A stretch of DNA of 64,000 bases from an uncultured Mariniplasma sp. (GCA_964553665.1 CAZKLF010000002.1:5100-69099); one strand, 5' to 3'. Positions 1 to 10,636 are shown, counted from the first letter of the stretch. The notes: a model not told the origin generated them from the letters alone. Program-made: numbers and translations.

Positions 1-1
1 A

Positions 2-721
2 CAGGTTTGTGATGGTGTCATGGTTGCTAGAGGCGATTTAGGTGTTGAAGTATCAACCGAACTAGTTCCTCTATATCAAAAGAGAATTATTAAGATAGCA
101 AATGCAATGGGAAAACCTGTCATTACAGCGACACATATGCTAGAATCTATGGTGTATTCACCAAGGCCTACAAGAGCTGAAGCTTCAGATGTTGCTAATG
201 CAATATTAGATGGTTCAGATGCAATTATGTTATCAGGTGAATCAGCAGCTGGTGAATATCCAGTAGAAGCTGTATTAACAATGGATACAATCGCTAAAGC
301 AATTGAAAATAGTATTCCATATGGTGAAAGATTACAAAGAGCAATATTGACAAGTCAACAAACTGTTAATGACGCAATCGGTATTGCAGTAAGCCAAACG
401 GCACTAGCATTACCTAAAGTAGAAGTTATTATCGCTTTTACTGAAACTGGTGGAACTGCAAAACGTATGTGCAAGTTTAGACCTTCAGTGCCTATTATTG
501 CGGTAACTGATAATATTGAAACATGCCAGAAATTATCGTATTATTGGGGAGTTTTTGCTGCAATGAAGAAAGTAGTCACTGATTATTCCGTGTTTGATGA
601 TCTTGCGATTGAAATTGCTAGAGAATATGGATTTGAATCAGGAACAACGCTGATCATAACTTCTGGTTGGGCACAAAAACATGGATCAACTAATACATTA
701 AGAATTATTGATATACCCTAA
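2..721 (+). CDS. pyk: Pyruvate kinase, C-terminal part (5' truncated by window edge)
   Basis: DGVMVARGDLGVE, KPVITATHMLES, PTRAEASDVANA, MLSGESA motifs; frame is open from base 2. Confidence 0.97.
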   Translation, partial: QVCDGVMVARGDLGVEVSTELVPLYQKRIIKIANAMGKPVITATHMLESMVYSPRPTRAEASDVANAILDGSDAIMLSGESAAGEYPVEAVLTMDTIAKAIENSIPYGERLQRAILTSQQTVNDAIGIAVSQTALALPKVEVIIAFTETGGTAKRMCKFRPSVPIIAVTDNIETCQKLSYYWGVFAAMKKVVTDYSVFDDLAIEIAREYGFESGTTLIITSGWAQKHGSTNTLRIIDIP

Positions 722-727
722 AGGCTG

Positions 728-753
728 AGTCTCACTCGTGTGAGACTTTTTTT
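728..753 (+). terminator. Intrinsic terminator after pyk
   Basis: AGTCTCAC-tcgt-GTGAGACT followed by T run. Confidence 0.85.
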
Positions 754-766
754 ATTGGAGGAAAAA

Positions 767-1111
767 ATGAAAAAAAGAAAATTATTGTTGATTAATTCAA
801 TTTTATTGTCTATCTATTTGATTGGATCTCTTCCATACTATCTGATAGCAAATGAAGAGAATTCGCGATTTGTTTTATTCTCAACGATTTATGTAGCTTT
901 CGTCTTAATTCATGAAGCATTTATTGCGGGTGCTCTTATTTTTCAGTGGAGTGGGTATATAAAACAAAAAAGAGGATTGATTAGATTTTCTTCTTTCATT
1001 ATGTTTTTGGGAGGGTTTGCCTTTATAATTTCATTTGTTATACTCATACCAATAATGATTATTAATATGATTTCAAAAGGCAAAAGAAAGAAGAAACCGT
1101 TGATTGATTGA
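767..1111 (+). CDS. Small hypothetical membrane protein (about 3 TM)
   Basis: GGAGG RBS before ATG 767; three hydrophobic stretches; basic C-tail. Confidence 0.75.
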   Translation: MKKRKLLLINSILLSIYLIGSLPYYLIANEENSRFVLFSTIYVAFVLIHEAFIAGALIFQWSGYIKQKRGLIRFSSFIMFLGGFAFIISFVILIPIMIINMISKGKRKKKPLID

Positions 1112-1227
1112 TATTATTTGAACATAATATATTGAATTATTTATTCAACTATTTAGCATGCAGAGCATGATTTTAATTGGTAAAACTTTCATTTTTTATG
1201 CTATAATATCATGAGTTGAGGTAAGTT

Positions 1228-2598
1228 ATGAAAATGAAAAGTTTGATTGGTGACAGAGCATTTTACAAGCATTTAATTGCAGTCGCTGCACCGCTCGTTT
1301 TACAGCAATTAATCACTACATCTGTTCAGTTAGTTGATAATATCATGGTAGGCAAACTTGGAGAATCAGCAATCGGCTCAGTCTCTATAGTTAATCAATT
1401 ATATTTTGTAGTTATACTAATTACTTTTGGTGCCATGGGTGGTGCTGGGGTTTTTTCAGCACAGTATTTTGGATCTAAAAATTTTGGTAAACTAAAACAA
1501 ACATTTAGATTTAAAATTTTGATTGGTCTATTGATTGCTGTCGTTTCATTTATAGTGTTCTCCTTATTTGGAGAAAACCTTCTTCGACTTTTTACAGATA
1601 ATCCTGTAACCATAAAAGGTGGTTTAGAATATCTTAATATTGCTAAGTGGAGCGCATTTCCTTGGATTATATCTGTAGCAATATCTAACACATTTAGAGA
1701 AACTGGCATAACTAAGCCGTTGTTAAAAGTATCAGTTGTTGCTATTGCAACCAATACAATACTTAACTTTATTCTTATTTTTGGTTTGCTTGGATTTCCG
1801 GCACTAGGCATTGCGGGTGCAGCTATTGCAACTTTAATTTCTCGTTTTGTTGAAATGAGTTTATCAGTTTTGTTACTTAAAAAAAGAGGGAGCGCATTTA
1901 ATACTCAAATTACTCAATTATTTCATATTGATAAAAAAGTTTTATTTGCGGTCATTATTATGGCACTTCCATTAACTATTAATGAAGCATTATGGTCTAC
2001 TTCACAAACGGTTTTTTATCAGGCATATTCAACTAGAGGAGATAGTGCGCTTGCTGCAATGAGTATCACTGGATCAATTAGTCAACTCGTATTTGTTACA
2101 TTTGGGGGTATTTCAACTGCTGTAGCAGTTTTAGTTGGAAATGCATTGGGAAATAATCAGTTAGAAGAAGCTAAAGATAATGCAAAAAAACTCATAGCTT
2201 TTTCTGTTTTTATTGCGATTATTGCTGGAATGATTCTATTTCTATTAAGTTTCTTCATACCTGAATTATATAATGTCCCAAATGCAGCAAAACAAATCGC
2301 AGAATTTAATATTCGGGTTAATGCAATATTTATTCCAATATATTCATTTAATATCGCACTATATTTTACATTAAGATCTGGTGGAGATATGAAGTCTACG
2401 ATTATGATGGATGCAGGATATATGTGGGTTCTACCAGTCCCAGTTGCATTAGGCTTAGCATATTTCACTTCATTGCCAGTTATCTACATGTTTCTTATTG
2501 TTTCAATGTTGGATATTCCTAAAATGATTTTTGGAATTTCTAGGTATAGAAAAGGCCATTGGATAAAAAATCTTGCACTTGATTCAGATATAGAATAA
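1228..2598 (+). CDS. MATE family efflux transporter
   Basis: 456 aa, about 12 TM, PLVLQQLITTSVQLVDNIMVGKLG N-terminal MATE signature, two-repeat organisation. Confidence 0.93.
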   Translation: MKMKSLIGDRAFYKHLIAVAAPLVLQQLITTSVQLVDNIMVGKLGESAIGSVSIVNQLYFVVILITFGAMGGAGVFSAQYFGSKNFGKLKQTFRFKILIGLLIAVVSFIVFSLFGENLLRLFTDNPVTIKGGLEYLNIAKWSAFPWIISVAISNTFRETGITKPLLKVSVVAIATNTILNFILIFGLLGFPALGIAGAAIATLISRFVEMSLSVLLLKKRGSAFNTQITQLFHIDKKVLFAVIIMALPLTINEALWSTSQTVFYQAYSTRGDSALAAMSITGSISQLVFVTFGGISTAVAVLVGNALGNNQLEEAKDNAKKLIAFSVFIAIIAGMILFLLSFFIPELYNVPNAAKQIAEFNIRVNAIFIPIYSFNIALYFTLRSGGDMKSTIMMDAGYMWVLPVPVALGLAYFTSLPVIYMFLIVSMLDIPKMIFGISRYRKGHWIKNLALDSDIE

Positions 2599-2683
2599 TA
2601 GCTATCCATAGTTGTTTGCTAATAGAGTTTTAAAAAAACATGTATAATGTAAATATAAATTGGGAAATATTTGGGGTGAAATA

Positions 2684-4324
2684 GTGCAAAATAACAATCG
2701 CAACAACCATAAAAGACATAGTTATGATACTGATAACATTCTTAATGCAACACTCGTAACAGCTAAAATTATTATTTTTTATATATTTATTGGATTCGCC
2801 TGGATTCTTGCATCAGATTATTTTGTGAATTTGTTATTCACTGATCCAAATCAAGTTATCAGAGTACAAAGTATTAAAGGTATTTTATATGTGATAATAA
2901 CTGCAGTAATATTTTATTTTATCATTCACAAGAGCATGCGTATGTATATTGAACTTATAAGCGATTTGAAAATTACATATAAAAATTTAGATTTAAGCTA
3001 TCAAAAAACTCTAGAGTTGGATGATAAATTATTTCAATTAGCTTATTATGATTTGTTAACAGGCCTTCCAAATAAAGTATTATTAGAAAAAACTATAACT
3101 CAATATATTGGTGATCATCCAGATGATGGCATCGTTGGGTTTATTTATTTTGATATCGATGAATTTAGCAACATAAATGAGGTAAAAGGACATTCTGTAG
3201 GAGATCAATTACTGATTCAAATCGCAAAAAGTTTAAGTCAAGATATTGAAGCACCGAATATGTTAGCTAGAATTGGTGGCGATGAATTTGTTCTTGCATT
3301 ATTCAGCATGAATCAACTCGAAACTTTCATTCCACAAGTTGAACATTATATTGATACAATTAGAAAAATATTTATATTAGAAAAAGATGAGTTTTTTGTG
3401 ACATATAGCGTCGGTGTTGCTCTTTATCCTGATAATGGCAAAGATTATATTACTCTATTGAGACATGCTGATGCAGCACAATCAATCGCCAAATCTAAGG
3501 GAAAAGATCAAATTGTAATCTTCGATGATGAAATGGTTTCAATAATTAGGCAACAAACTGAACTCATTGCTCAATTAAGAAAAGCCATAGGAAATCAAGA
3601 ATTTTCTTTGCACTACCAACCGATTATAGACCTTAAAACAGACCAATCAATTGGCGTTGAAGCATTAATTCGTTGGCAGCATCCAACAAAAGGATTTATT
3701 CCCCCTTTAGAGTTTATTTCAATTTCAGAGAAAAACGGATACATTAAAGAGATTTCAGAGTGGGTATTTAAAGAGGTAGCTGAGCAATATGAGACATGGA
3801 ATGTAGAAGGTAAACAGTTTAGAATTGCAATCAATATTTCAGCAATAATGCTGATGTATGATCCATTTATACCTTATATGAACGAGTGGATAAACACGTA
3901 TCATTTAGATAGTTCAAGAATTGTATTAGAAATCACTGAATCCGCAATTATTGAAGATATTGAGAAAAGTATCCATGTTATTCATCAATTGAAAAAACTT
4001 GGTTTTATTGTTGCTTTAGATGATTTTGGTACTGGATATTCTTCTTTAACATATTTACAGAAATTGCCTATTGATATTATAAAAATAGATAGAGGCTTTA
4101 TTAGTAATATCAAACCGAACACAGAAGAGTTTTATGTTTTAAGATATATGATTGAATTAGCACATCATTTGAATTTGCTTGTTGTTGCAGAAGGAATTGA
4201 AACAATTGAACAAGCAAATATGGTTAAAAAGTATGATGTAGATTTAGCTCAAGGTTACTTTTTCTGTAGACCAATGCCTCAAACGAGAGTCGTTGAATAT
4301 TTAAAAGAAACGGATAGAAACTGA
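2684..4324 (+). CDS. Membrane-anchored GGDEF-EAL protein (diguanylate cyclase/phosphodiesterase)
   Basis: 2 N-terminal TM; YYDLLTGLPN, RIGGDEF, GVEALIRW, EITES, DDFGTGYSS; GTG start at 2684 follows GGGGTG RBS (track start 2660). Confidence 0.93.
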   Translation: MQNNNRNNHKRHSYDTDNILNATLVTAKIIIFYIFIGFAWILASDYFVNLLFTDPNQVIRVQSIKGILYVIITAVIFYFIIHKSMRMYIELISDLKITYKNLDLSYQKTLELDDKLFQLAYYDLLTGLPNKVLLEKTITQYIGDHPDDGIVGFIYFDIDEFSNINEVKGHSVGDQLLIQIAKSLSQDIEAPNMLARIGGDEFVLALFSMNQLETFIPQVEHYIDTIRKIFILEKDEFFVTYSVGVALYPDNGKDYITLLRHADAAQSIAKSKGKDQIVIFDDEMVSIIRQQTELIAQLRKAIGNQEFSLHYQPIIDLKTDQSIGVEALIRWQHPTKGFIPPLEFISISEKNGYIKEISEWVFKEVAEQYETWNVEGKQFRIAINISAIMLMYDPFIPYMNEWINTYHLDSSRIVLEITESAIIEDIEKSIHVIHQLKKLGFIVALDDFGTGYSSLTYLQKLPIDIIKIDRGFISNIKPNTEEFYVLRYMIELAHHLNLLVVAEGIETIEQANMVKKYDVDLAQGYFFCRPMPQTRVVEYLKETDRN

Positions 4325-4352
4325 TTATAATATATAATGAATTAAATATAAC

Positions 4353-4384
4353 AAAGCCTATCGGAACCTCGATAGGCTTTATTT
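4353..4384 (+). terminator. Intrinsic terminator
   Basis: AAAGCCTATCG-gaacct-CGATAGGCTTT then T-rich tail. Confidence 0.75.
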
Positions 4385-4452
4385 GTTCATAGACTCATAG
4401 AAATAGCATTTTTTATATGTTATAATAACATTTAGAAAAGGAGAATAAAAAA

Positions 4453-5688
4453 ATGCCATCTGAAAAATTAATTAGTAAATTAGCAAAACTTGCAGTTAGA
4501 GTTGGAGTGAACGTTCAAAAAGACCAATTGGTTGTTGTTCGCGCGACTACTGAAACAAAGGAAATAACACGTGAGGTTGTCAAAGAAGCATATTTAGCTG
4601 GAGCTAAAAGGGTTCATGTTCAATGGAGTGACGACTATGTTTCTCACAGCGGTTTGACATATCAAAGTGTTGAGACACTCGAAGATATACCAAATTGGGT
4701 AGTTGAACAATACAAAGGATTTGTTGATCAAGGGGCTTGTTTTATCTCAGTAAGCTCACCAATCCCTGGACTTAATAAAGATGTTGATCCAAATAAAGCA
4801 CAAAAAGCAGGAATAGCGGGTCAAAAAGCCCTCGGTTTCTTTAGAGAATTCTTAATGGGTAATAAATCACAATGGACAATAATTGCTGCACCAAACTCAG
4901 TCTGGGCAAAACAAGTATTTTCTAATTTAAACGAAAAAGATGCTGAAGAAGCATTATGGGAAGCAATACTTGAAGCATCGAGAGTTACAAAAGACAATGA
5001 TCCAATTGCTGATTGGGCTAAACACAATGAAACATTACTTAAACATAATAAGATTCTTAATAATTATAATTTTAAACATTTACATTTTAAAAATTCACTG
5101 GGTACTGACTTAATCGTTGAGCTTGTCAAAGATCACGTTTGGGCAGGTGGTGGAGAAAATGCCACAAATGGTGTTTATTTTAATCCAAATATTCCAACAG
5201 AAGAAACGTTTACAATGCCATATAAATGGGGAACAAGAGGAAAAGTGTTCTCTACAAAACCACTTAACTATCAAGGTAAATTAATTGAAGATTTTTGGCT
5301 TGAATTTAAAGATGGAAAAGTAGTGAACTATGATGCTAAAAAAGAAAAAAAGGCATTAGCAAATATTCTTGACACAGATGAAGGTAGCAGATATATTGGG
5401 GAAATAGCATTAATATCACATGATTCTCCAATATCAAATACAAATATTTTATTTTTAAACACATTATTTGATGAAAATGCTTCATGCCATATGGCATTAG
5501 GTAGAGCTTATCCTATGAATGTTAAAAATGGAGTCAATGAAAAGATTGAAACGCTTGAAAAAATTGGATATAACAATTCAATGGTACATTCTGATTTCAT
5601 GTTTGGTAGTGAAGATATGGAAATCACTGGTGTTACACAGGATGGAAAAGAAATTCGCGTATTTGAAAAAGGGAATTTCATTATCTAG
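4453..5688 (+). CDS. Aminopeptidase, M29 family (AmpS/PepS-like)
   Basis: PNIPTEETFT, GEIAL, DENASCHMALG, HSDFMFG metal-binding motifs; 411 aa. Confidence 0.92.
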   Translation: MPSEKLISKLAKLAVRVGVNVQKDQLVVVRATTETKEITREVVKEAYLAGAKRVHVQWSDDYVSHSGLTYQSVETLEDIPNWVVEQYKGFVDQGACFISVSSPIPGLNKDVDPNKAQKAGIAGQKALGFFREFLMGNKSQWTIIAAPNSVWAKQVFSNLNEKDAEEALWEAILEASRVTKDNDPIADWAKHNETLLKHNKILNNYNFKHLHFKNSLGTDLIVELVKDHVWAGGGENATNGVYFNPNIPTEETFTMPYKWGTRGKVFSTKPLNYQGKLIEDFWLEFKDGKVVNYDAKKEKKALANILDTDEGSRYIGEIALISHDSPISNTNILFLNTLFDENASCHMALGRAYPMNVKNGVNEKIETLEKIGYNNSMVHSDFMFGSEDMEITGVTQDGKEIRVFEKGNFII

Positions 5689-5753
5689 TTCTATTGAATT
5701 AAACTATAGTTGAATATATATTAATGAAATAAAGAAGAAAGTATGGTAACTAT

Positions 5754-7727
5754 ATGGGAAAAATAGAGTTAAATCAATTTTTAAATTTCAAATATATTTC
5801 AGGTTTAACAAGTAATCCAAATAAAACACTTATGGCATTTGCTGTAGCTAAGGCTAAGTTAGAAAAGAATACTTATGATTATGACTTATATTACAGCGAT
5901 GGTAAGAAGCATACTAAAGTAATGTCAATGCATGATAAATCTAGTTTTATATGGGAATCGGATGATTCGATTTTATTTCAGTTAGCTAAAAGTAAACTTG
6001 AAAAGAAGGCTGTTAAAAATAAGTCTTCAATTTATTATAGATATAAGATAAGCACTAAACAAACGGAAAAAGCTTATGAGTTTTCATTTCCTGCTTCAAT
6101 TGATAAAATCTTAAAAGAAAACCAAATGCTGTTATCTGCCAAATTAACTAAAAAACAACGCCATCTTTATTTAGATAGTGCGGAAGCGCGCAAGTTATTC
6201 CTAGAAGAAGAAAAGAAAAAAGATTTATACGTTGATATCAGCGAGATACCGTTCTATTTTAATGGTGGTGGTTTCACTGCAAATGTTAGAGATCAATTAT
6301 TTATTTATCAAATAGATAATAAGAAGATTACACCATTGGTTGACAATGATTTTAGTGCTGAGCAAGTTAAGGTTTCTGATGATTTAACTCAGATTTATTA
6401 TACTGGCTCACAATCAAAAGGAATTAAGCCATTAACATCACAAATTTATTGTTACGATATTAAACAGAAGCAAACAAATAATTTGTACAATAAAGATGAT
6501 TTTTCAATCAGTAATATATATTTATTTGATAATCAGATCGTTGTTACAGCTACAAACATGAAAGACTATGGTATCAATCAAAATGATTTATTTTATGTTC
6601 TAAAAAACAATGCATTACAATTATTAGCAACCCCTAAGCACAATATCGGTAATTCTCTTGGAACTGACGTCAGACTTGGTGCTAGTCAAAAGACTATCAC
6701 CAAAGACAAATCTTTATTATTTTTATCAACTGTTGATGATCATATTGAACTTTATTCACTAGATAGTAAAGGATTAATACAACCACAATACATATTTGAT
6801 GGAGCGATTGAGGGATTATGTGAGATTAATCAAAAACTATATATTATTGGGTTATATCGCCAAAAACTTCAAGAAATCTATGCACTTGATTTAGAAATGC
6901 ATGAACAAAAACAAGTTTCTAGATTTAATCAAGGTGCTCTCAAAGGGTTGTATGTTGCTAAGCCTAAAACGTTTGTTGCTAAATTCCCTTCTCATCAAGT
7001 AAAAGGTTTTGTTCTATATCCTGAAGGTTACGAGGCTACAAAAATATATCCAGCAATTCTCGATATCCATGGTGGTCCCAAGACTGTTTATGGTAAAGTT
7101 TATTATCATGAAATGCAATACTGGGCAAACCAAGGATATATTGTTTTTTTCTCAAATCCTAGAGGTAGTGATGGAAAAGGGAATGAGTTCGCGGATCTTA
7201 GAGGAAAATATGGAACAATTGATTACGAGGATTTAATGGCATTTACTGATTTAATTGTCAAAAGACATCCTTCGATTGATCAAGACAAAATGTTTGTTAC
7301 AGGGGGTTCTTATGGTGGTTATATGACCAATTGGATTGTCGGTCAAACAAACCGTTTCAAGGCAGCAGCCACACAAAGAAGTATTTCTAATTGGCTAGCA
7401 TTTCATGGAACTTCAGATATTGGTTTCTATTTTTCACAAGATCAAACTGATGGACATCCAAATACAGATACAACGAAACTATGGGATCAATCACCAATGA
7501 AACATGCACTTAATGTGAATACACCGTTACTCTTTATTCATTCTGATTTAGATTATCGTTGCCCAATTGAACAAGCAATGGAATTTTATACAATTTTAAA
7601 GCAAAAAGGGCTTGAGACTAAATTTATTTGGTTTAAAGGTGAAACACACGAGTTATCAAGAAGTGGAAAACCTCAAGCTAGAATTAAACGTTTAGATGAG
7701 ATTACAAAATGGTTCAAACAATACTAA
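5754..7727 (+). CDS. S9 family serine peptidase (acylaminoacyl/dipeptidyl peptidase-like)
   Basis: beta-propeller-like N-terminus, IHGGP, GGSYGG nucleophile, catalytic D (DYRCP) and H (ETHELSRSG). Confidence 0.92.
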   Translation: MGKIELNQFLNFKYISGLTSNPNKTLMAFAVAKAKLEKNTYDYDLYYSDGKKHTKVMSMHDKSSFIWESDDSILFQLAKSKLEKKAVKNKSSIYYRYKISTKQTEKAYEFSFPASIDKILKENQMLLSAKLTKKQRHLYLDSAEARKLFLEEEKKKDLYVDISEIPFYFNGGGFTANVRDQLFIYQIDNKKITPLVDNDFSAEQVKVSDDLTQIYYTGSQSKGIKPLTSQIYCYDIKQKQTNNLYNKDDFSISNIYLFDNQIVVTATNMKDYGINQNDLFYVLKNNALQLLATPKHNIGNSLGTDVRLGASQKTITKDKSLLFLSTVDDHIELYSLDSKGLIQPQYIFDGAIEGLCEINQKLYIIGLYRQKLQEIYALDLEMHEQKQVSRFNQGALKGLYVAKPKTFVAKFPSHQVKGFVLYPEGYEATKIYPAILDIHGGPKTVYGKVYYHEMQYWANQGYIVFFSNPRGSDGKGNEFADLRGKYGTIDYEDLMAFTDLIVKRHPSIDQDKMFVTGGSYGGYMTNWIVGQTNRFKAAATQRSISNWLAFHGTSDIGFYFSQDQTDGHPNTDTTKLWDQSPMKHALNVNTPLLFIHSDLDYRCPIEQAMEFYTILKQKGLETKFIWFKGETHELSRSGKPQARIKRLDEITKWFKQY

Positions 7728-7732
7728 AATTG

Positions 7733-7758
7733 ATGCTATCTTTGATAGCATTTTTTTT
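7733..7758 (+). terminator. Intrinsic terminator
   Basis: ATGCTATC-ttt-GATAGCAT plus T run. Confidence 0.75.
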
Positions 7759-7847
7759 ATTCAATTATGTGAATTAGTATAAAAGGATATATATAATTCA
7801 TTATATATGATAAAATTAACTCAAATGAAATAAAGGGGGTTTAATGT

Positions 7848-8435
7848 ATGTGGTGGGATAGCTTGTACGCATTTCAACAGATTATGCTTGTCTTAGCTAT
7901 TACAGCAACTGCTGTAATGTTGATTTTTATTGTATTAATGATTATCGGGATAGATAACTCTGATTTTGATGGTATTGACTCTCCGGATTTTCATTTGGAT
8001 ACGATCAATGATGAGCCTTTAAGCGCTATAGGAGGATTAAGAATTCTTAGTGTTAGAGGAATTCTTGCATTTATTAGTATTGGTGGCTGGGCAGCATTTT
8101 TATTCGCTGAAATCTTGTCCCCATTATGGTCATCTCTTATCGGGATTGCATTTGGAACTCTTGCTGCTTATCTCGTAGCATTAGCATTTAGAGCAATCTT
8201 TAAACTCGAAAGCTCGGGAAATATTGTATATGAGAATTCGATTGGTAAGGTAGGCACGGTCTATATACGTATTCCAAAAAAGAAGAGTGGTAAAGGTAAA
8301 GTATCAATTATTGTTCAAGAACGTTTGATTGAAGCAGATGCGATTACAGAAGAAGATCAAGATATCATGCCAAAATCAGAAGTTGAGGTTATAGGAATTA
8401 TCGAGACGACAACTATGATTGTCAAATCGAGATAA
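7848..8435 (+). CDS. NfeD-like membrane protein with C-terminal OB-fold (YqiJ-type)
   Basis: 3 TM then IGKVGTVYIRIP...GKV..IVQ...EADA NfeD C-domain pattern; directly upstream of flotillin. Confidence 0.8.
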   Translation: MWWDSLYAFQQIMLVLAITATAVMLIFIVLMIIGIDNSDFDGIDSPDFHLDTINDEPLSAIGGLRILSVRGILAFISIGGWAAFLFAEILSPLWSSLIGIAFGTLAAYLVALAFRAIFKLESSGNIVYENSIGKVGTVYIRIPKKKSGKGKVSIIVQERLIEADAITEEDQDIMPKSEVEVIGIIETTTMIVKSR

Positions 8436-8453
8436 AAAAAGGAGAATAAATTT

Positions 8454-9887
8454 ATGGATTTCATTGTATTATTAACATTTATGGACATTATTGGTCCAGT
8501 ATTTGCAGTTTTAGTTATAGTAGTTTCATTGCTAGCATTTGTAGTTGTAAGAATCAGAAGATGTCCATCAGATAAGATTTTAGTTGTTTATGGGAAAGTT
8601 GGCTCAAATGCCGATGGTACGCTTAAATCAGCATTATGTATGCATGGTGGGACAAAATTCATCATTCCATTTGTACAAGCATACCAATTCTTAGATTTGA
8701 CACCAATGTCAATTCAAGTTGATTTAACCAATGCACTTTCAAGACAGAACATTCGTATTGATGTACCTTCAAGATTTACTGTTGGTATCTCAACTGAAAC
8801 AGGTGTTATGCAGAATGCAGCTGAAAGATTATTAGGTCTGAAAATGACTGAAATACAAGAATTAGCAAAAGATATCATTTTTGGTCAATTACGTTTAGTT
8901 ATTGCAACAATGGATATCGAAGAAATAAATACCAATAGAGATAAATTTCTTGAAGCAGTTTCGGACAATGTTGAAACAGAATTAAAGAAAATTGGCTTAA
9001 GATTAATCAATGTTAATGTCACGGATATTAATGACGAATCTGGATATATTGAAGCATTAGGTAAAGAAGCAGCAGCAAAAGCAATTAATGATGCTAAAAA
9101 AACTGTTGCTGAAAAAAATAGAGATGGTTCTATTGGTGAAGCAAATGCACATAGAGATCAAAGAGTTCAAGTTGCTGATGCAAACTCTAAAGCTATCGAA
9201 GGTGAAAATAAATCACTTGGTGATATTTCACAAACAAATGCTTTACGCAGAGAAATTGAAGCTGAATCATTAAGAAGAGCCATGGTAGCTGAAAAAGTTG
9301 CAGCTGCAAAAGCTTTAGAAGATTCTTATTTGGCAGAACAAAATGCCGAACTCGCTCGTGCAACTCGTGAAAAAGCTACACTTGAAGCGGATGTTATTGT
9401 TAGATCTGAAATTGACAAACAAAAAGTTGTCATCGCTGCTGAAGCAATCGCTGAAGAAACAAGAAGAAAAGCTCGTGGACAAGCAGATGCAATCTTTGCA
9501 AAATTAGATGCAGAAGCTCGTGGTAGCCTTGAAATTTTATCTAAACAAGCTGAAGGTTTCAAACTCGTTGTTAATGCTGCTAATGATAATACAGATGCGG
9601 CAGTTAAGATGCTGATTGCTGATAAACTTGAAAAACTTGTTGCTATCCAAGTTGAAGCAATTAAGAACCTTAAATTTGATAAGATTACTGTTTTGGATAG
9701 TGGCTCAAAAGATGGAACAACCTCAACAGCTAATTTTGCATCAAATTTGATGAAATCAATTCCTCCTATGAAAGAACTATTTGATATGGCTGGACTTGAA
9801 TTGCCTAGATATTTAGGAACTGAAAAAGAAGTAAAATCTATCGAAGTTAAAAAAGAAGAAGTAAAAGTCGAAAAACCTAAAAAATAA
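8454..9887 (+). CDS. Flotillin-like SPFH domain protein
   Basis: N-terminal TM, SPFH domain (IEEINTNRDKF, NVTDIND), EA-rich coiled coil. Confidence 0.92.
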   Translation: MDFIVLLTFMDIIGPVFAVLVIVVSLLAFVVVRIRRCPSDKILVVYGKVGSNADGTLKSALCMHGGTKFIIPFVQAYQFLDLTPMSIQVDLTNALSRQNIRIDVPSRFTVGISTETGVMQNAAERLLGLKMTEIQELAKDIIFGQLRLVIATMDIEEINTNRDKFLEAVSDNVETELKKIGLRLINVNVTDINDESGYIEALGKEAAAKAINDAKKTVAEKNRDGSIGEANAHRDQRVQVADANSKAIEGENKSLGDISQTNALRREIEAESLRRAMVAEKVAAAKALEDSYLAEQNAELARATREKATLEADVIVRSEIDKQKVVIAAEAIAEETRRKARGQADAIFAKLDAEARGSLEILSKQAEGFKLVVNAANDNTDAAVKMLIADKLEKLVAIQVEAIKNLKFDKITVLDSGSKDGTTSTANFASNLMKSIPPMKELFDMAGLELPRYLGTEKEVKSIEVKKEEVKVEKPKK

Positions 9888-9896
9888 ATATTAAGT

Positions 9897-9925
9897 AAAT
9901 ACCCCTTAAATGGGGTATTTTTTTT
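9897..9925 (+). terminator. Intrinsic terminator after flotillin
   Basis: AAATACCCC-ttaaat-GGGGTATTT plus T run. Confidence 0.8.
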
Positions 9926-9932
9926 GATAAAG

Positions 9933-9960
9933 AAAAAGTAGAAACATATGTTTCTACTTT
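9933..9960 (-). terminator. Terminator for the convergent minus-strand gene
   Basis: AGTAGAAAC-atat-GTTTCTACT with A run on + strand side. Confidence 0.65.
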
Positions 9961-9982
9961 GTTGTTAAATTAATTATTTTCT

Positions 9983-10636
9983 TTAGTTTACACAAATACC
10001 TTCATTTGATTGTCCTTGACCTTTACTTCCATGATTGCCTTGACCACCATTTGCAGATCCTTTTTTAAATTGATTTCTAATCATTTGACCTAAATCATAT
10101 CCAGCACCAGCAATGCGATCTCTAGAAAATGCTTGTAAGTGATTTTCTGATGCACTTTGTAGATATTCAAATACTGTTCTTACATCATCAGGTAAATCAG
10201 TTTGTGCTAAAAATACGTCATATAGTGCAATGTTTGCTATTTCAGCTTCAACACCAGTTGCTAGTGCGCTTGAAATAGAATCAGGAAGAACTACATATTG
10301 TGCAGCATCATTTACTGGAACTTCAATACCATAAGCATCGAATAAAGGTAATAATAAATTGATATGTGTTTGTTCAGCTAATACGATTTTTGAAAATGGT
10401 CTTACGTTACCATAAGCGTCGATGATTGCATCATATGTTGCTTGTGCTAAATATTCATCTTGAATTGCGTATGTTAACATTTCCTCAAGAGTGTAAACAC
10501 GGTCTGCAGATACAGCGGTTGCTCCAAATCCTTCAACCCCAACATAATCAGATGATGCATTAACACCAATTCCTATGAAAATAAAACTTCCAACAACTAA
10601 ACCTAAGAAAACGAATAATACTAATTTTTTGCTCAT
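9983..10636 (-). CDS. Ferritin-like (DUF2202-type) protein with N-terminal signal/TM
   Basis: AIQDEYLAQATY, AEQTHI, GVEAEIANIALY, ASENHLQAF carboxylate/His motifs; AGGAGG RBS before ATG 10636. Confidence 0.75.
   Translation of the reverse strand: MSKKLVLFVFLGLVVGSFIFIGIGVNASSDYVGVEGFGATAVSADRVYTLEEMLTYAIQDEYLAQATYDAIIDAYGNVRPFSKIVLAEQTHINLLLPLFDAYGIEVPVNDAAQYVVLPDSISSALATGVEAEIANIALYDVFLAQTDLPDDVRTVFEYLQSASENHLQAFSRDRIAGAGYDLGQMIRNQFKKGSANGGQGNHGSKGQGQSNEGICVN

Noticed and set aside
7848-9887. NfeD-flotillin pair as a novel system
   Set aside because: Well-known conserved pairing
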